Assembly: GCA_965207885.1 (NCBI GenBank)
Contig: OZ242311.1
Coordinates: 192,001 to 256,000 of the forward strand
DNA length: 64,000 bases
DNA from: Candidatus Latescibacterota bacterium
GTDB taxonomy: Bacteria; Latescibacterota; UBA2968
Reading direction: 5' to 3'
The position numbers and the translations under genes were made by a program. Below the pieces are notes generated by a model, which did not search any database, was not told where the DNA came from, and was given only the letters and a program-made list of their open reading frames with translations. Positions 19,844 to 29,193 of this stretch are shown in pieces (the stretch's first letter is position 1; the number at the start of each line of letters is the position of its first letter).

Positions 19844-20057
19844 CTTAAGTTTTGCAGGAATACAGCATTGCCAAATAAAATACAGTGAACAGGTTATTCT
19901 AACCTTAAAGAAAGGAGGTACCACAATGTCACGGAGTTTCATCGTGCTGCTATATATCCCACCTCAAAAATGAAAGGAGGCTATGAAACATTGCAGGTCG
20001 TAATTCATCGCAATTTTATTGCAGGATAACCTTACAAGCTGTTATAGGAGAATCGTC

Positions 20058-21383
20058 ATGAAAAAGCGAATCAGGACAAATCGACTGCACAGATATATCC
20101 TTGCCTCGGGGCTCATCATGGTGAGCTTTGGGATATGGATAAGCTGCTCCAAAGATGCTTCCGTCTCCAGCATAGCCCCGACCTCAGCCGACGATAGCGG
20201 CTCCGGTCAAAGATTGGTTGGAACAAAGCCTGCTGTTGGGGGTTCAAATTATGCCGACTTTCATCCACAGACTGGTGTAAACTACGATCCCTTTGCGAAT
20301 ATGACCTTAGAAGAGCGAAGGACTGCCATTGGTGGCCCGGATGCTGCTGAAAAGTATCTCCGAATAATGGCGAAACAACTTGCCAGAGTCATGGCCGATG
20401 CTAAAACCCGCACAATTCTCCACAGTGTCGTTCCCGACCTGGAACAAGGCGAGATCCATATCTCTAAAATAGCCGACGAATTTCCTCAATTCTTGGAGAA
20501 ATTCTCCGACGGCTTCAGGGATGCTGTAGCCAACGGAGCCATATCGGGCAATTTGGCAAATTTGATCAAAGACGACAAATCGGATTCCAAAACGATATAT
20601 AAAGCCTCAAAAGCCTTGTTCGAGTTAGAGATAGCGGTTTCAAATCCCCCTGGGAAAACATGGAATCCCGCACAACCCATTCCAGTATTTTTTGCCCCTA
20701 TTGATGATGAAAGTGCCACTGTCATAGAAGGGATAGACACCAATTTACAATCCATCTCCGTTCCCGCTGGAGGTGATACAGCTCCTTATACCTGCCTGGT
20801 GCTGAACCTCGATGAGGACTTACCTTTGTTCTCTAAGGATGTTAATGTATCATCCGTTCCGCAACACGAAAGTTTATGGACATGGCAGAACATCCTGAAT
20901 TCCTTCAGCCTCACCTCTCCTGCCTATGCACACTACCCACCGAGTCCATTCGACGACGACCCTGAGGATCCACATGACCCTTGTTATGGTGAAGATATTA
21001 TAGCACCTGTGGACAGAGTTGTAATGTACTACGATCATGAAGACTGGCCCATGGGAGCACCTGAGATTTTTATGGGAATTATATGGCGTCAGGTCAATGA
21101 ACCTGTTGAACCATATCGAACAACCGAGGAACAACTCGAAGATCTGGATGAGGAGAATGTATGGTATACAGACTTCGCGGACTTAAGGGCTCGGCATGGG
21201 ACATGCGGGGGCAGTGGTACTTTAGAAATTGTGTATATCGAGGAAATGGATCCTTGGGGTGCAGATGACTTAGGCAGATGGACTAATGTGACCATTCCTA
21301 CCGGGGGAGCTACTCCAAATCGGAAAGACCTGACAACCAATGATGTCCGCTTGAGGATTCGGCGAACTACTGACGACACATAG
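20058..21383 (+). CDS. Lipoprotein, DUF3103-like
   Basis: ATG after AGGAG; lipobox WISC; motifs PVFFAPIDDE..IEGID and DHEDWPMGAPEIF resemble DUF3103 by recollection. Confidence 0.55.
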   Translation: MKKRIRTNRLHRYILASGLIMVSFGIWISCSKDASVSSIAPTSADDSGSGQRLVGTKPAVGGSNYADFHPQTGVNYDPFANMTLEERRTAIGGPDAAEKYLRIMAKQLARVMADAKTRTILHSVVPDLEQGEIHISKIADEFPQFLEKFSDGFRDAVANGAISGNLANLIKDDKSDSKTIYKASKALFELEIAVSNPPGKTWNPAQPIPVFFAPIDDESATVIEGIDTNLQSISVPAGGDTAPYTCLVLNLDEDLPLFSKDVNVSSVPQHESLWTWQNILNSFSLTSPAYAHYPPSPFDDDPEDPHDPCYGEDIIAPVDRVVMYYDHEDWPMGAPEIFMGIIWRQVNEPVEPYRTTEEQLEDLDEENVWYTDFADLRARHGTCGGSGTLEIVYIEEMDPWGADDLGRWTNVTIPTGGATPNRKDLTTNDVRLRIRRTTDDT

Positions 21384-21404
21384 ATTGACAATCCTTCTAT
21401 TTTC

Positions 21405-21432
21405 GGGGCAAATTGGATATTTGCCCCTTTTT
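21405..21432 (+). terminator. Intrinsic terminator
   Basis: GGGGCAAAT-TGGAT-ATTTGCCCC followed by TTTTT. Confidence 0.75.
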
Positions 21433-21453
21433 CTGCCCAATAAGGAGTAAAAC

Positions 21454-22125
21454 ATGAAATACGCCATGAGTATCCTGGTCTTGTTGATAATGTCTTATTC
21501 TGCACCTATTTTCGGACAGCACATAGTCGCTATCCGGTGGGGTGGCAATATGACAAAAATCGGTGGTTTTGATCATCATGGTGCGCCGCGCAGAAGTATG
21601 AGGATAGGCGCCTCTGTAACCGTTCCAATACAGAACCGCTTCAGCCTTCAAGCTCATGGCGACTATGTCCCAAAAGGAGCAGGAGAGGACGATTTTTATT
21701 ATTATACCGGATTATACATTGACTACATCGAACTTTCAGGATTGGGAGCTTTTACAGTCTTCGCTCCTTCTCGGGGATCCTCTTTGTCTATGTCTATACT
21801 CGCCGGGCCTACGATAGCATTTAAGATCAAAAACCGAGGAGAAGAAATACTGGCAAAAAGATACGGGCAGGGACAAGATCGCTTTGACTTCAAATCTATA
21901 GACTTTGGTTTTGCTGGGGGGATCGGTACACAGATAGCAATTTTCAAACCATGGATAGTCACAACAGAGATTCTATACACCAGGAGCATCCAATCTATCA
22001 ACAAAACCACTTTCTATATCGTAGATTACGATTCTCACACAGCAGAAAAACGTGGCCTGATGAACCACGCCCTTTCCTTCTCTATTGGGCTCGGTTTTTC
22101 TTATGGCAGAAGAACGGGAGGTTAA
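21454..22125 (+). CDS. Outer-membrane beta-barrel (PorT/porin family)
   Basis: Signal peptide; DYVPKG, IDYIEL, ILAGP, DFGFAGGIG, C-terminal FSIGLGF. Confidence 0.8.
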   Translation: MKYAMSILVLLIMSYSAPIFGQHIVAIRWGGNMTKIGGFDHHGAPRRSMRIGASVTVPIQNRFSLQAHGDYVPKGAGEDDFYYYTGLYIDYIELSGLGAFTVFAPSRGSSLSMSILAGPTIAFKIKNRGEEILAKRYGQGQDRFDFKSIDFGFAGGIGTQIAIFKPWIVTTEILYTRSIQSINKTTFYIVDYDSHTAEKRGLMNHALSFSIGLGFSYGRRTGG

Positions 22126-22138
22126 AATAAAATCTGTC

Positions 22139-22660
22139 ATGTCAACGTTGGTGTTTCTGCCTATCGTTCTGGTCTTGTGTCGCACGGATGATGCACACGC
22201 CCAGGATCAATTCAAACGTGCCGAAGCCTCCCTCGCGATGGGCAGACATGTCGAGATCAATGCGTTAGACGATTTTGGGTTACAGGATAACAAAATGTAT
22301 CTGGCAGGACACCTGCTCTATAACTTTTCTGCCACGCAGTCCATCGGTGTGAGGTTTGGCCGCACAGCCCATCCGAGGATTGAATGGTTTGCTACATATC
22401 GGTATAATTGGCGACAAAGACAGCCCACACGTATTTACTTTGAGGTTGGATTGGGTGCCAACGAGCCTCTTGAATCCTTTTTCAACAAAGGTATGCGGTT
22501 TTCTATGGCTTTCGCAGTGGGGATAAAGCGTTTTTTGGGGGAACATTGGTCTTTGAGCCTTGAATCGAGGGGCGTGGGCTTTACGCAGAAAAAGGATCCA
22601 TTTACAGATGAAATAGTGACTGTCCATATACTCTCATTCGCATTGGGATACCTGTTCTAA
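22139..22660 (+). CDS. Outer-membrane beta-barrel protein
   Basis: Signal ending AHA; amphipathic strands; terminal LGYLF. Confidence 0.65.
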   Translation: MSTLVFLPIVLVLCRTDDAHAQDQFKRAEASLAMGRHVEINALDDFGLQDNKMYLAGHLLYNFSATQSIGVRFGRTAHPRIEWFATYRYNWRQRQPTRIYFEVGLGANEPLESFFNKGMRFSMAFAVGIKRFLGEHWSLSLESRGVGFTQKKDPFTDEIVTVHILSFALGYLF

Positions 22661-22688
22661 CACGCAATGAAAGCGATTTTATATTTCG

Positions 22689-22739
22689 CAAATGAAAAGA
22701 GCGAGTCTTTTTAGGCTCGCTCTTTTTTTATTAAAATGC
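22689..22739. repeat. Island repeat copy 2
   Basis: AAATGAAAAGAGCGAGTCTTTTTAGGCTCGCTCTTTTTTTATTAAAATGC. Confidence 0.9.
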
Positions 22740-23068
22740 CTGGTCATCATCATTACGAGTGTGCCGCAATGTTGTTTAAGGTGTGTGGAGACCCTGATGG
22801 TCACGACCTCATTCACCATCGCGTCCCTCAACTGTGTGAATTGTATAAAAAAAATTCTCGACAACGAGCAGCAAAAAATAGAAATTATTCATCAAGCCAA
22901 CTCTCTTACAGGTTGGTGATACGATCGGAGGCATACGTTTGCTTTGACGGGTGAAGTATGCCTTCTCTTTTTATTTTTTATTCCGCAAAATAAGCCATAT
23001 CATGTAATCCCGCAATTCAAGACGAAAATATAGCCATCCTGATGAGACCAGAATCTCAAGGTGGTACG

Positions 23069-24196
23069 ATGAACACGCAAAACGAGCACAGAGACCAAAC
23101 CCTCACAGCACTTGAGGAGGCGGCAAGCCATTACAAAGCGATCCTGGAAACGACTGTTGACGCGATTATCACAATTGACAGTCAGGGAATTGTACAAACA
23201 TTCAATTCCGCTGCCGAGAAGATATTCGGCTACTGCGCCGAAGAAGTCATTGGAAACAATGTCAAGATGCTGATGCCCGCGCCCTATCGCAGTGAACACG
23301 ATGGCTATATCGGTAGATATTTAGAGACGGGCGTACCTAAAATTATTGGAATAGGGCGTCAAGTGACTGGCCTGCGTAAAGATGGGACTGAATTTCCAAT
23401 GGATCTGGCTGTCAGTGAGGTCCCCTTAAAAGACAAGCGATTATTTGCTGGCATTATCCGCGACATGACAGAGCGCATACTGTTGGAGGAGCAATTGGTG
23501 CAATCAACCAAACTCGCAGCCGTGGGTAGATTGATTAGCGGGATTGCACATGAGGTGAACAATCCCGTGAGCATTATCAAACTCCATATCGCCAATGTGA
23601 TGCAAAATATCGAAAGTCAAAAATTGCCAGAAGACCTGATCGAGACACTAAGGGTCATTCAACGCCAGAACAATAAGGTCGGGCAGATCATATCGGAGCT
23701 ACAGGCTTTTTCCAGGCAGGGATATTTCAGCCCTGACTGGATCAATGTCAACCAGATCGTGCATACGGCCTTGAGACTGGTTGAAAATACGCTGCAAAAT
23801 CAGGACATTGTGTATCAAGCCGAATTGGCAGACAGTTTGCCCAAAGTGTTTTTGGATCCCATACGCATTGAGCAGGTGTTGTTGAATCTGTTTAACAATG
23901 CGATTGAAGCGATGCCCGATGGCGGTGTTTTGACCGTATCAACGACACTGGAGACAGACCAAACAGATGAAGATTGGATGGTGGTCCGGATAAGAGATAC
24001 AGGCACAGGCATTGAGGAAGAACATCTCAGCCATCTATTTGATCCGTTTTTTACAACCAAAGAAGTGGGTGAAGGAACCGGCCTGGGTCTTTCGGTCAGT
24101 TATGGTTTAATTCAAGAGCACAAAGGCCGAATTGAGGTAAGCAGTCAACCGGGCAAAGGCAGTGAGTTCCAGATTTACCTTCCCGTAACGGAGTAA
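23069..24196 (+). CDS. PAS sensor histidine kinase, FixL-like heme-PAS, soluble
   Basis: MLMPAPYRSEHDGYIGRYLETG..IIGIGR..GLRKDG; H-box AHEVNNP; DTGTGI, GTGLGL; alternative start 23042. Confidence 0.92.
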   Translation: MNTQNEHRDQTLTALEEAASHYKAILETTVDAIITIDSQGIVQTFNSAAEKIFGYCAEEVIGNNVKMLMPAPYRSEHDGYIGRYLETGVPKIIGIGRQVTGLRKDGTEFPMDLAVSEVPLKDKRLFAGIIRDMTERILLEEQLVQSTKLAAVGRLISGIAHEVNNPVSIIKLHIANVMQNIESQKLPEDLIETLRVIQRQNNKVGQIISELQAFSRQGYFSPDWINVNQIVHTALRLVENTLQNQDIVYQAELADSLPKVFLDPIRIEQVLLNLFNNAIEAMPDGGVLTVSTTLETDQTDEDWMVVRIRDTGTGIEEEHLSHLFDPFFTTKEVGEGTGLGLSVSYGLIQEHKGRIEVSSQPGKGSEFQIYLPVTE

Positions 24197-24201
24197 AAGA
24201 G

Positions 24202-25557
24202 ATGAAAAAAGAGAAAATCCTCATCATTGATGACGAGCCGGATATGTTGCGCGGTTGCCAGAAGTTTCTGGAGACAGCGGGGTACGCTGTTGTCATAGCA
24301 GAATCAGGTGAGGATGGTCTCGCGTTGTTCGAGACGGAAAATCCCGATCTAATCATTGTGGATTTGAAGATGCCCGGAATGGACGGGATGGCTGTGCTTC
24401 AAAGCATTATGGCACGCGATCAAGAGGCTGTTGTGATTGTCTTTACCGGATATGGAACCATTGAGAGTGCAGTCAAAGCGATCAGAGCAGGCGCATTCGA
24501 CTTTGTTCAGAAACCATTTGATCCAGATGCATTTTTAATTGTAATAGAACGGGCATCGAAACTGCGGCGTGTGAGGGAGGAGAACAGTGCTCTCAAGCAA
24601 ATGCTGGATACGCGATTCCGGTTCGAAAACATCATCGGGAACAGTGAGGCGATCACTCAGGTATTTGATTTGATGCGAAAAATCAGCAATACACCTGCCA
24701 ATGTCCTGATCACAGGGGAGAGCGGAACGGGCAAGGAACTGGTGGCTCAGTGTATTCACGCCAATAGCAAGCGGAGCCACAAGCCGTTTGTGCCGCTCAA
24801 CTGTGGGGGCCTGCCAGAGAATCTGGTTGAAAGTGAGATATTTGGTCATACAGAGGGGGCATTCACAGATGCGAAACAGAACCGCGTCGGGTTAATCGAA
24901 CACGCTAAGGGTGGGACATTTTTTCTCGATGAAATCGGGGAATTGCCCATGCCCCTTCAGGTGAAGTTCTTGCGCGTTTTGGAAGACCACAAAATTCGCA
25001 GGTTGGGAAGCAATGAGGAGATAGAGATCGATATCCGTCTCATATCAGCGACCAATCGAAATATCGAGGCGTTGATTGGAGAGGGCAGGTTTCGAGAAGA
25101 TTTATTTTATCGAATCAACACATTTGAGATTCACCTGCCACCTCTCAGGGAACGGCAGGGAGATATTCAACTTCTTGCCCATCACTTTTTGAACTACTTT
25201 GCCGAGACCTCTAAAAAAGCGGTTCAAGGGATTTCCACCGAGGCGATGGATGTGTTGTGCGAATATACCTATCCAGGCAATGTGCGAGAATTGATGCATG
25301 TGATGGAACGCGCCGTTGCCCTGTCAGAAGAAGGTCGTGAAATTACGCCTGAATTGTTCCCAGAGCCTATTGGGGGTAGCCTGGGGATAGAGACACAGAC
25401 TAAAGGCCACTTAAAAGCGAGGGTCGCAATGTTTGAAAAACATATAATCCAGGATGTACTCAAGAAACACGCAGGCAATATCACGCATGCGGCTAAAGAA
25501 TTGGGGTTGACCCGCGATGGTTTAATAAAAAAGATGGCGCGTCTAAAGATGCGTTAG
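24202..25557 (+). CDS. Sigma54-dependent response regulator (NtrC/AtoC family)
   Basis: REC domain DLKMPGMDG; Walker A GESGTGKE; GAFTDA; FLDEIGE; PGNVREL; Fis-type HTH. Confidence 0.95.
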   Translation: MKKEKILIIDDEPDMLRGCQKFLETAGYAVVIAESGEDGLALFETENPDLIIVDLKMPGMDGMAVLQSIMARDQEAVVIVFTGYGTIESAVKAIRAGAFDFVQKPFDPDAFLIVIERASKLRRVREENSALKQMLDTRFRFENIIGNSEAITQVFDLMRKISNTPANVLITGESGTGKELVAQCIHANSKRSHKPFVPLNCGGLPENLVESEIFGHTEGAFTDAKQNRVGLIEHAKGGTFFLDEIGELPMPLQVKFLRVLEDHKIRRLGSNEEIEIDIRLISATNRNIEALIGEGRFREDLFYRINTFEIHLPPLRERQGDIQLLAHHFLNYFAETSKKAVQGISTEAMDVLCEYTYPGNVRELMHVMERAVALSEEGREITPELFPEPIGGSLGIETQTKGHLKARVAMFEKHIIQDVLKKHAGNITHAAKELGLTRDGLIKKMARLKMR

Positions 25558-25737
25558 CAAATTGGACATGACCTTGTGAGGTGTATAATTTTTTCGTGGT
25601 TTCTTTTTTAATCGTATAAAAAATTATATACTCCGCAGAAAGCGACAACTTATAGCACCTGAAACATAAAATTTTATCTTTTTGTTTTTCAAGCACTTGA
25701 GCATTTTCAAGTGCTTTTTTTGTTTTAGATGAATTTA

Positions 25738-25753
25738 TGGCACGCATCTTGCT
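25738..25753 (+). promoter_or_regulatory. Sigma54 (-24/-12) promoter
   Basis: TGGCACGCATCTTGCT matches TGGCAC-N5-TTGCW; upstream IR AAGCACTTGA...TCAAGTGCTT (25691-25716) overlapping an IHF-like site. Confidence 0.8.
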
Positions 25754-25804
25754 TTATAGAATGTGCGAGAGAATAATAACAATCAGATTTTACTGAGGTG
25801 ACTT

Positions 25805-26008
25805 ATGGTTATCCAGGAGCCTTTAACAAAACGTCTGGCATATCGGTCTCTGATTTATGCCATGTTGGGCGACAAAACGCGATCTGAAGCATTGCGCGCA
25901 ACGATGAACCGACTGAATCATCAAAGAGCAGGTTTAGAATGTCAGTCAAGGAAAGACGATTCGGCAAAATCTTACCCCGGACCACAGGATACTATCTTTG
26001 AACGTTAA
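25805..26008 (+). CDS. Small hypothetical protein (67 aa), first gene after the sigma54 promoter
   Basis: GAGGTG SD + ATG; no recognised domain; may be a remnant. Confidence 0.45.
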   Translation: MVIQEPLTKRLAYRSLIYAMLGDKTRSEALRATMNRLNHQRAGLECQSRKDDSAKSYPGPQDTIFER

Positions 26009-26121
26009 TCGCATATCTTTGGGCGCGCTATCGCTATTAACTGACAATTTTGTTGCAGCGGCGTCGTGATCTGGAAGTGGCATCATAAGGGATCTATGTG
26101 CCTTAAACAGAGAGGTGAGAA

Positions 26122-27015
26122 ATGTATAAAATTCCAGACTTCAAAATTCCGGATCGGCTTAACCTGGACACAGACTGGAGCATTGGTGAGACAGCATTTG
26201 AGAGAATCGCAACCACGCTTCTTCAGATGTCCCCGGTAGAAAAAATTCTCGAATTTGGAGGTGGTCCGAGTTCTATCCGCCTGGCAATGGCGTTTTCTGA
26301 AACTCACATTCTGTCTGTGGAAGGCGACTGGCGAAATTTTGCAGAAACCATGAATCTGATGCAAACATTCTGGGATAAACGCAATCTATCAATCAAATAT
26401 CGTCCAATTACACTTGAATCTTATGGAGATGCGGAATTTTTGACTTATGAAGACGGGATGTTTTGGGAGGAAGAGATAGATTGCGTGATTATTGATGGTC
26501 CGCCGGTCTATACCTTGCGAGGTCGAGAAGCATGTCTCTACCAGGTTTATGACCAGATCAGGATAGGTGGTCTGGTCATTCTCGACGATTTCAGAAGGTC
26601 TTATGAGAAGCAAATTGTCGAGAACTGGCTATCCGTCTATCCCGGCAGTTTTACAGTGGAAATGATCCACGAAGACCACCATCTGGCCGTGCTGCGTAAG
26701 GTCAGATCCACGACACCGTGTTGGGATGCGCCTTATAGACTTTCGGATGTTCAGTCTGTCAGTAAAATGCTCGCCCGCATTACACAGGCATTATCGCTTG
26801 TTGATGATGTGTATTTGAGCGTGCTGGCTAAAGCGAATAACTGCTATGAGACAGATCTGATTGACCTGTTCAATACCCTTCGCAACATCTATGGGATTAC
26901 ACCTGAGCATATCCATAAGTTCGCGGATCGAAATTCTACACTCCCACCAGACGCGAAAAATAGAAAACAGAATGCCTGTTATATGACAATTTTCAATACG
27001 TTTTTTCGGAACTGA
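26122..27015 (+). CDS. Class I SAM-dependent methyltransferase (Methyltransf_24-like)
   Basis: ILEFGGGPSS, VIIDGPP, GGLVILDD. Confidence 0.8.
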   Translation: MYKIPDFKIPDRLNLDTDWSIGETAFERIATTLLQMSPVEKILEFGGGPSSIRLAMAFSETHILSVEGDWRNFAETMNLMQTFWDKRNLSIKYRPITLESYGDAEFLTYEDGMFWEEEIDCVIIDGPPVYTLRGREACLYQVYDQIRIGGLVILDDFRRSYEKQIVENWLSVYPGSFTVEMIHEDHHLAVLRKVRSTTPCWDAPYRLSDVQSVSKMLARITQALSLVDDVYLSVLAKANNCYETDLIDLFNTLRNIYGITPEHIHKFADRNSTLPPDAKNRKQNACYMTIFNTFFRN

Positions 27016-27033
27016 ATGTACAAGGAGGAAGAT

Positions 27034-27681
27034 ATGAGATACTTTATAGGTATTCTGATATTTGCGGTCCTGTCCTATCCCGCCTCGATTTTTGGGCAAC
27101 CCACACTCTCTATCAGGGAGGGCCTGAATCTGGCAACCCTGAGTGGAGAGATAATGGATAGGCGTCCAGTGAATGCACGCGCCACCCTCAAGATGGGTGT
27201 TTCCGGGACTTTTCCAGTACGGGGCAGATTTGGCTTTCAACTCAATGGTGACTATGTGCAAAAGGGTGCTCATGACTTATTATACGACTTCATCATAGAA
27301 GTTGACTATATTGAGTTTTCAGGGCTGTTCAATATCACACTTATCTCACCCTATCATGCACCTTCTTTATTTATACTCGCAGGGCCATCAGTGGCATTCA
27401 AAGTTAGGAGCGAGGGCGAACAGTTAGCGAGAAGACACTGGAGAGACCGCTTCGAGTTCAAGACCACAGACTTTGGTATCATTGTAGGACTTGGCACACA
27501 AATGACATTTTCTGAAGCGATGATACTCAAGGCAGAATTGCTATACACCGAGGGCATTCGATCTATCAACAAAACCGCTCCCTATGATCCTGATTTCAAT
27601 GTAGAAACCAGTATCAAAAACCGGGGGATTTCTTTCTGCATCGGCCTCGGTTTTCCTTATGGACGAAGAACGGGAGGTTAA
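27034..27681 (+). CDS. Outer-membrane beta-barrel (PorT/porin family), paralog of 21454-22125
   Basis: AGGAGGA SD + ATG 27034; same motifs and the same C-terminal GLGFxYGRRTGG. Confidence 0.8.
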   Translation: MRYFIGILIFAVLSYPASIFGQPTLSIREGLNLATLSGEIMDRRPVNARATLKMGVSGTFPVRGRFGFQLNGDYVQKGAHDLLYDFIIEVDYIEFSGLFNITLISPYHAPSLFILAGPSVAFKVRSEGEQLARRHWRDRFEFKTTDFGIIVGLGTQMTFSEAMILKAELLYTEGIRSINKTAPYDPDFNVETSIKNRGISFCIGLGFPYGRRTGG

Positions 27682-27720
27682 AATAGACTCTGTCATGTCA
27701 ACATATATTCGCAGGATCCT

Positions 27721-27939
27721 CGTGGTAGCACTGACTACGAATCGCCTCTGGCACGGAATGGAGATATAGATGGGGACGGAGATGTCGATTTCTCTGATTT
27801 TCTACTTTTTACTTCTGCCTTTGGCACAATTGAAGGGGGAATAGGATACAATCCCGCGGCAGATTTAGACGGGGATGGTGCGGTCGTATTCTCAGACTTT
27901 CTGATATTTGCCAGTGCCTTTGGCAAATCCGTGGGTTAG
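27721..27939 (+). pseudogene. Orphan dockerin/EF-hand-like C-terminal domain remnant
   Basis: GDIDGDGDVDFSDFLLFTSAFG...ADLDGDGAVVFSDFLIFASAFGKSVG*; no convincing in-frame start; absent from the ORF track. Confidence 0.8.
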
Positions 27940-27960
27940 GAGTATAGTATGACACACAAT

Positions 27961-27994
27961 AAACAGCCCAAGGACTGACCCCCTGAGCTGTTTT
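27961..27994 (+). terminator. Intrinsic terminator-like hairpin
   Basis: AAACAGCCCAAGG...CCTGAGCTGTTTT. Confidence 0.55.
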
Positions 27995-28002
27995 CTATTT
28001 CT

Positions 28003-28124
28003 CTAAAATGAAAAGAGCGAGTCCTTTTAGGCTCGCTCTTTTTTGCTTAAAATGCTTCGTTGTGCTGCACAGAGCATAATTCAATACGGTTCGTTGACAC
28101 CCTGTTAGATTTGGGCTATATTGC
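28003..28124. repeat. Island repeat copy 3, long form (hairpin + sigma70 promoter)
   Basis: 122 nt, 7 mismatches to copy 4 by eye; TTGACA(28094)-N17-TATATT(28117). Confidence 0.95.
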
Positions 28125-28169
28125 TTGAAATGATCAAGATCACCTGAAAATCAGTTCTGGAGTTTAATA

Positions 28170-28550
28170 ATGGCAACATATACAGTTGATGAATTGGTCA
28201 AAGCTGCTGAGCAATTGCCTCAAACAGATTTGGAAAATTTGACAGCGCAGGTACTTACACTCAAGGCAAGACGCACGGCACCAGAATTGTCGCAAAATGA
28301 AGCCGGATTGCTCCGGAATATCAACCGGGGAATGCCCGATGAATTACAGAATCGATATCGAGAACTTATTGCTATCAGACGCGCAGGAACACTGACTGAA
28401 TCCGAACATGCCGAATTGCTTCACCTGACAAATCAGGTTGAAAAACATGATACAGAACGATTGAAATATCTTACCGAACTTGCACGTATTCGAAAAATTT
28501 CTCTGACCGACCTTTTGGATGAACTCGGCATTGAACCAGCCTATACATAA
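28170..28550 (+). CDS. Small helical protein, putative antitoxin/partner of the HNH nuclease
   Basis: LLRNINRG...RYREL...LTESEHAELL...RLKYLTELARIR; a type commonly found upstream of HNH genes. Confidence 0.65.
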   Translation: MATYTVDELVKAAEQLPQTDLENLTAQVLTLKARRTAPELSQNEAGLLRNINRGMPDELQNRYRELIAIRRAGTLTESEHAELLHLTNQVEKHDTERLKYLTELARIRKISLTDLLDELGIEPAYT

Positions 28551-28553
28551 CCT

Positions 28554-28982
28554 GTGAACGCGAGACTGAAACAAGCTGTTATTCATCGTGCTCAGGAATG
28601 CTGTGAATACTGTCAAAGCCAAGCTCGTTTTGCAACCCACCCATTCTCTATTGAGCATATTCATCCACTTAGCCGAGGAGGCGAAGATACGCTCAATAAT
28701 TTGGCTTTGGCTTGCCAGGGATGTAATAACTACAAATACACCAAAGTCGAGGCACTTGATCCCGTCAATGGCCAGCCCGTTCCACTCTTTCATCCAAGAC
28801 AACAACGTTGGATAGATCATTTTAGATGGGCGGACCGCTTCACCCACATTGTCGGAATTACGCCAACAGGTCGTGCAACTGTGGAGGCTTTACAACTGAA
28901 CCGTAGAGGTCTGGTAAACTTGCGCCGAATCCTATTTGCCGCAGGTGTACACCCCCCATCGAATTCTAACCGCAGTGAATAA
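28554..28982 (+). CDS. HNH endonuclease
   Basis: CEYC...IEHIHPLSRGG...NLALACQGCN; LFHPR; TPTGRATV. Confidence 0.93.
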   Translation: MNARLKQAVIHRAQECCEYCQSQARFATHPFSIEHIHPLSRGGEDTLNNLALACQGCNNYKYTKVEALDPVNGQPVPLFHPRQQRWIDHFRWADRFTHIVGITPTGRATVEALQLNRRGLVNLRRILFAAGVHPPSNSNRSE

Positions 28983-29030
28983 ATCTCCATAACTCCAAAG
29001 ATCTGATTGGCAAACACAAAAACCCTCACA

Positions 29031-29158
29031 TTTGAACTAAAATGAAGAGAGCGAGTCCTTTTTGGCTCGCTCTTTTTTGCTTAAAATGCTTCGTTGTGCT
29101 GCACAGGGCATAATTTAATGCGGTTCGTTGACACCCTTTTGGATTTGGGCTATATTGC
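29031..29158. repeat. Island repeat copy 4, long form (hairpin + sigma70 promoter)
   Basis: TTGACA(29128)-N17-TATATT(29151). Confidence 0.95.
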
Positions 29159-29193
29159 ACAAAATATCATCCAAAAAAGAAGGATCTTATACA

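Noticed and set aside
19370-19896. 11-bp inverted repeat TAACCTGTTCA/TGAACAGGTTA as MITE ends
   Set aside because: Short, no target duplication and no second copy; could be chance.
27679-27939. Stop-codon read-through fusing the porin to the dockerin-like domain
   Set aside because: Same frame, but the stop is TAA and is shared with the paralog; a deletion scar explains it more simply.
29128-29193. ORF-track start of the 145-aa protein
   Set aside because: The TTG is the -35 box of the repeat-borne promoter; the real start is downstream.
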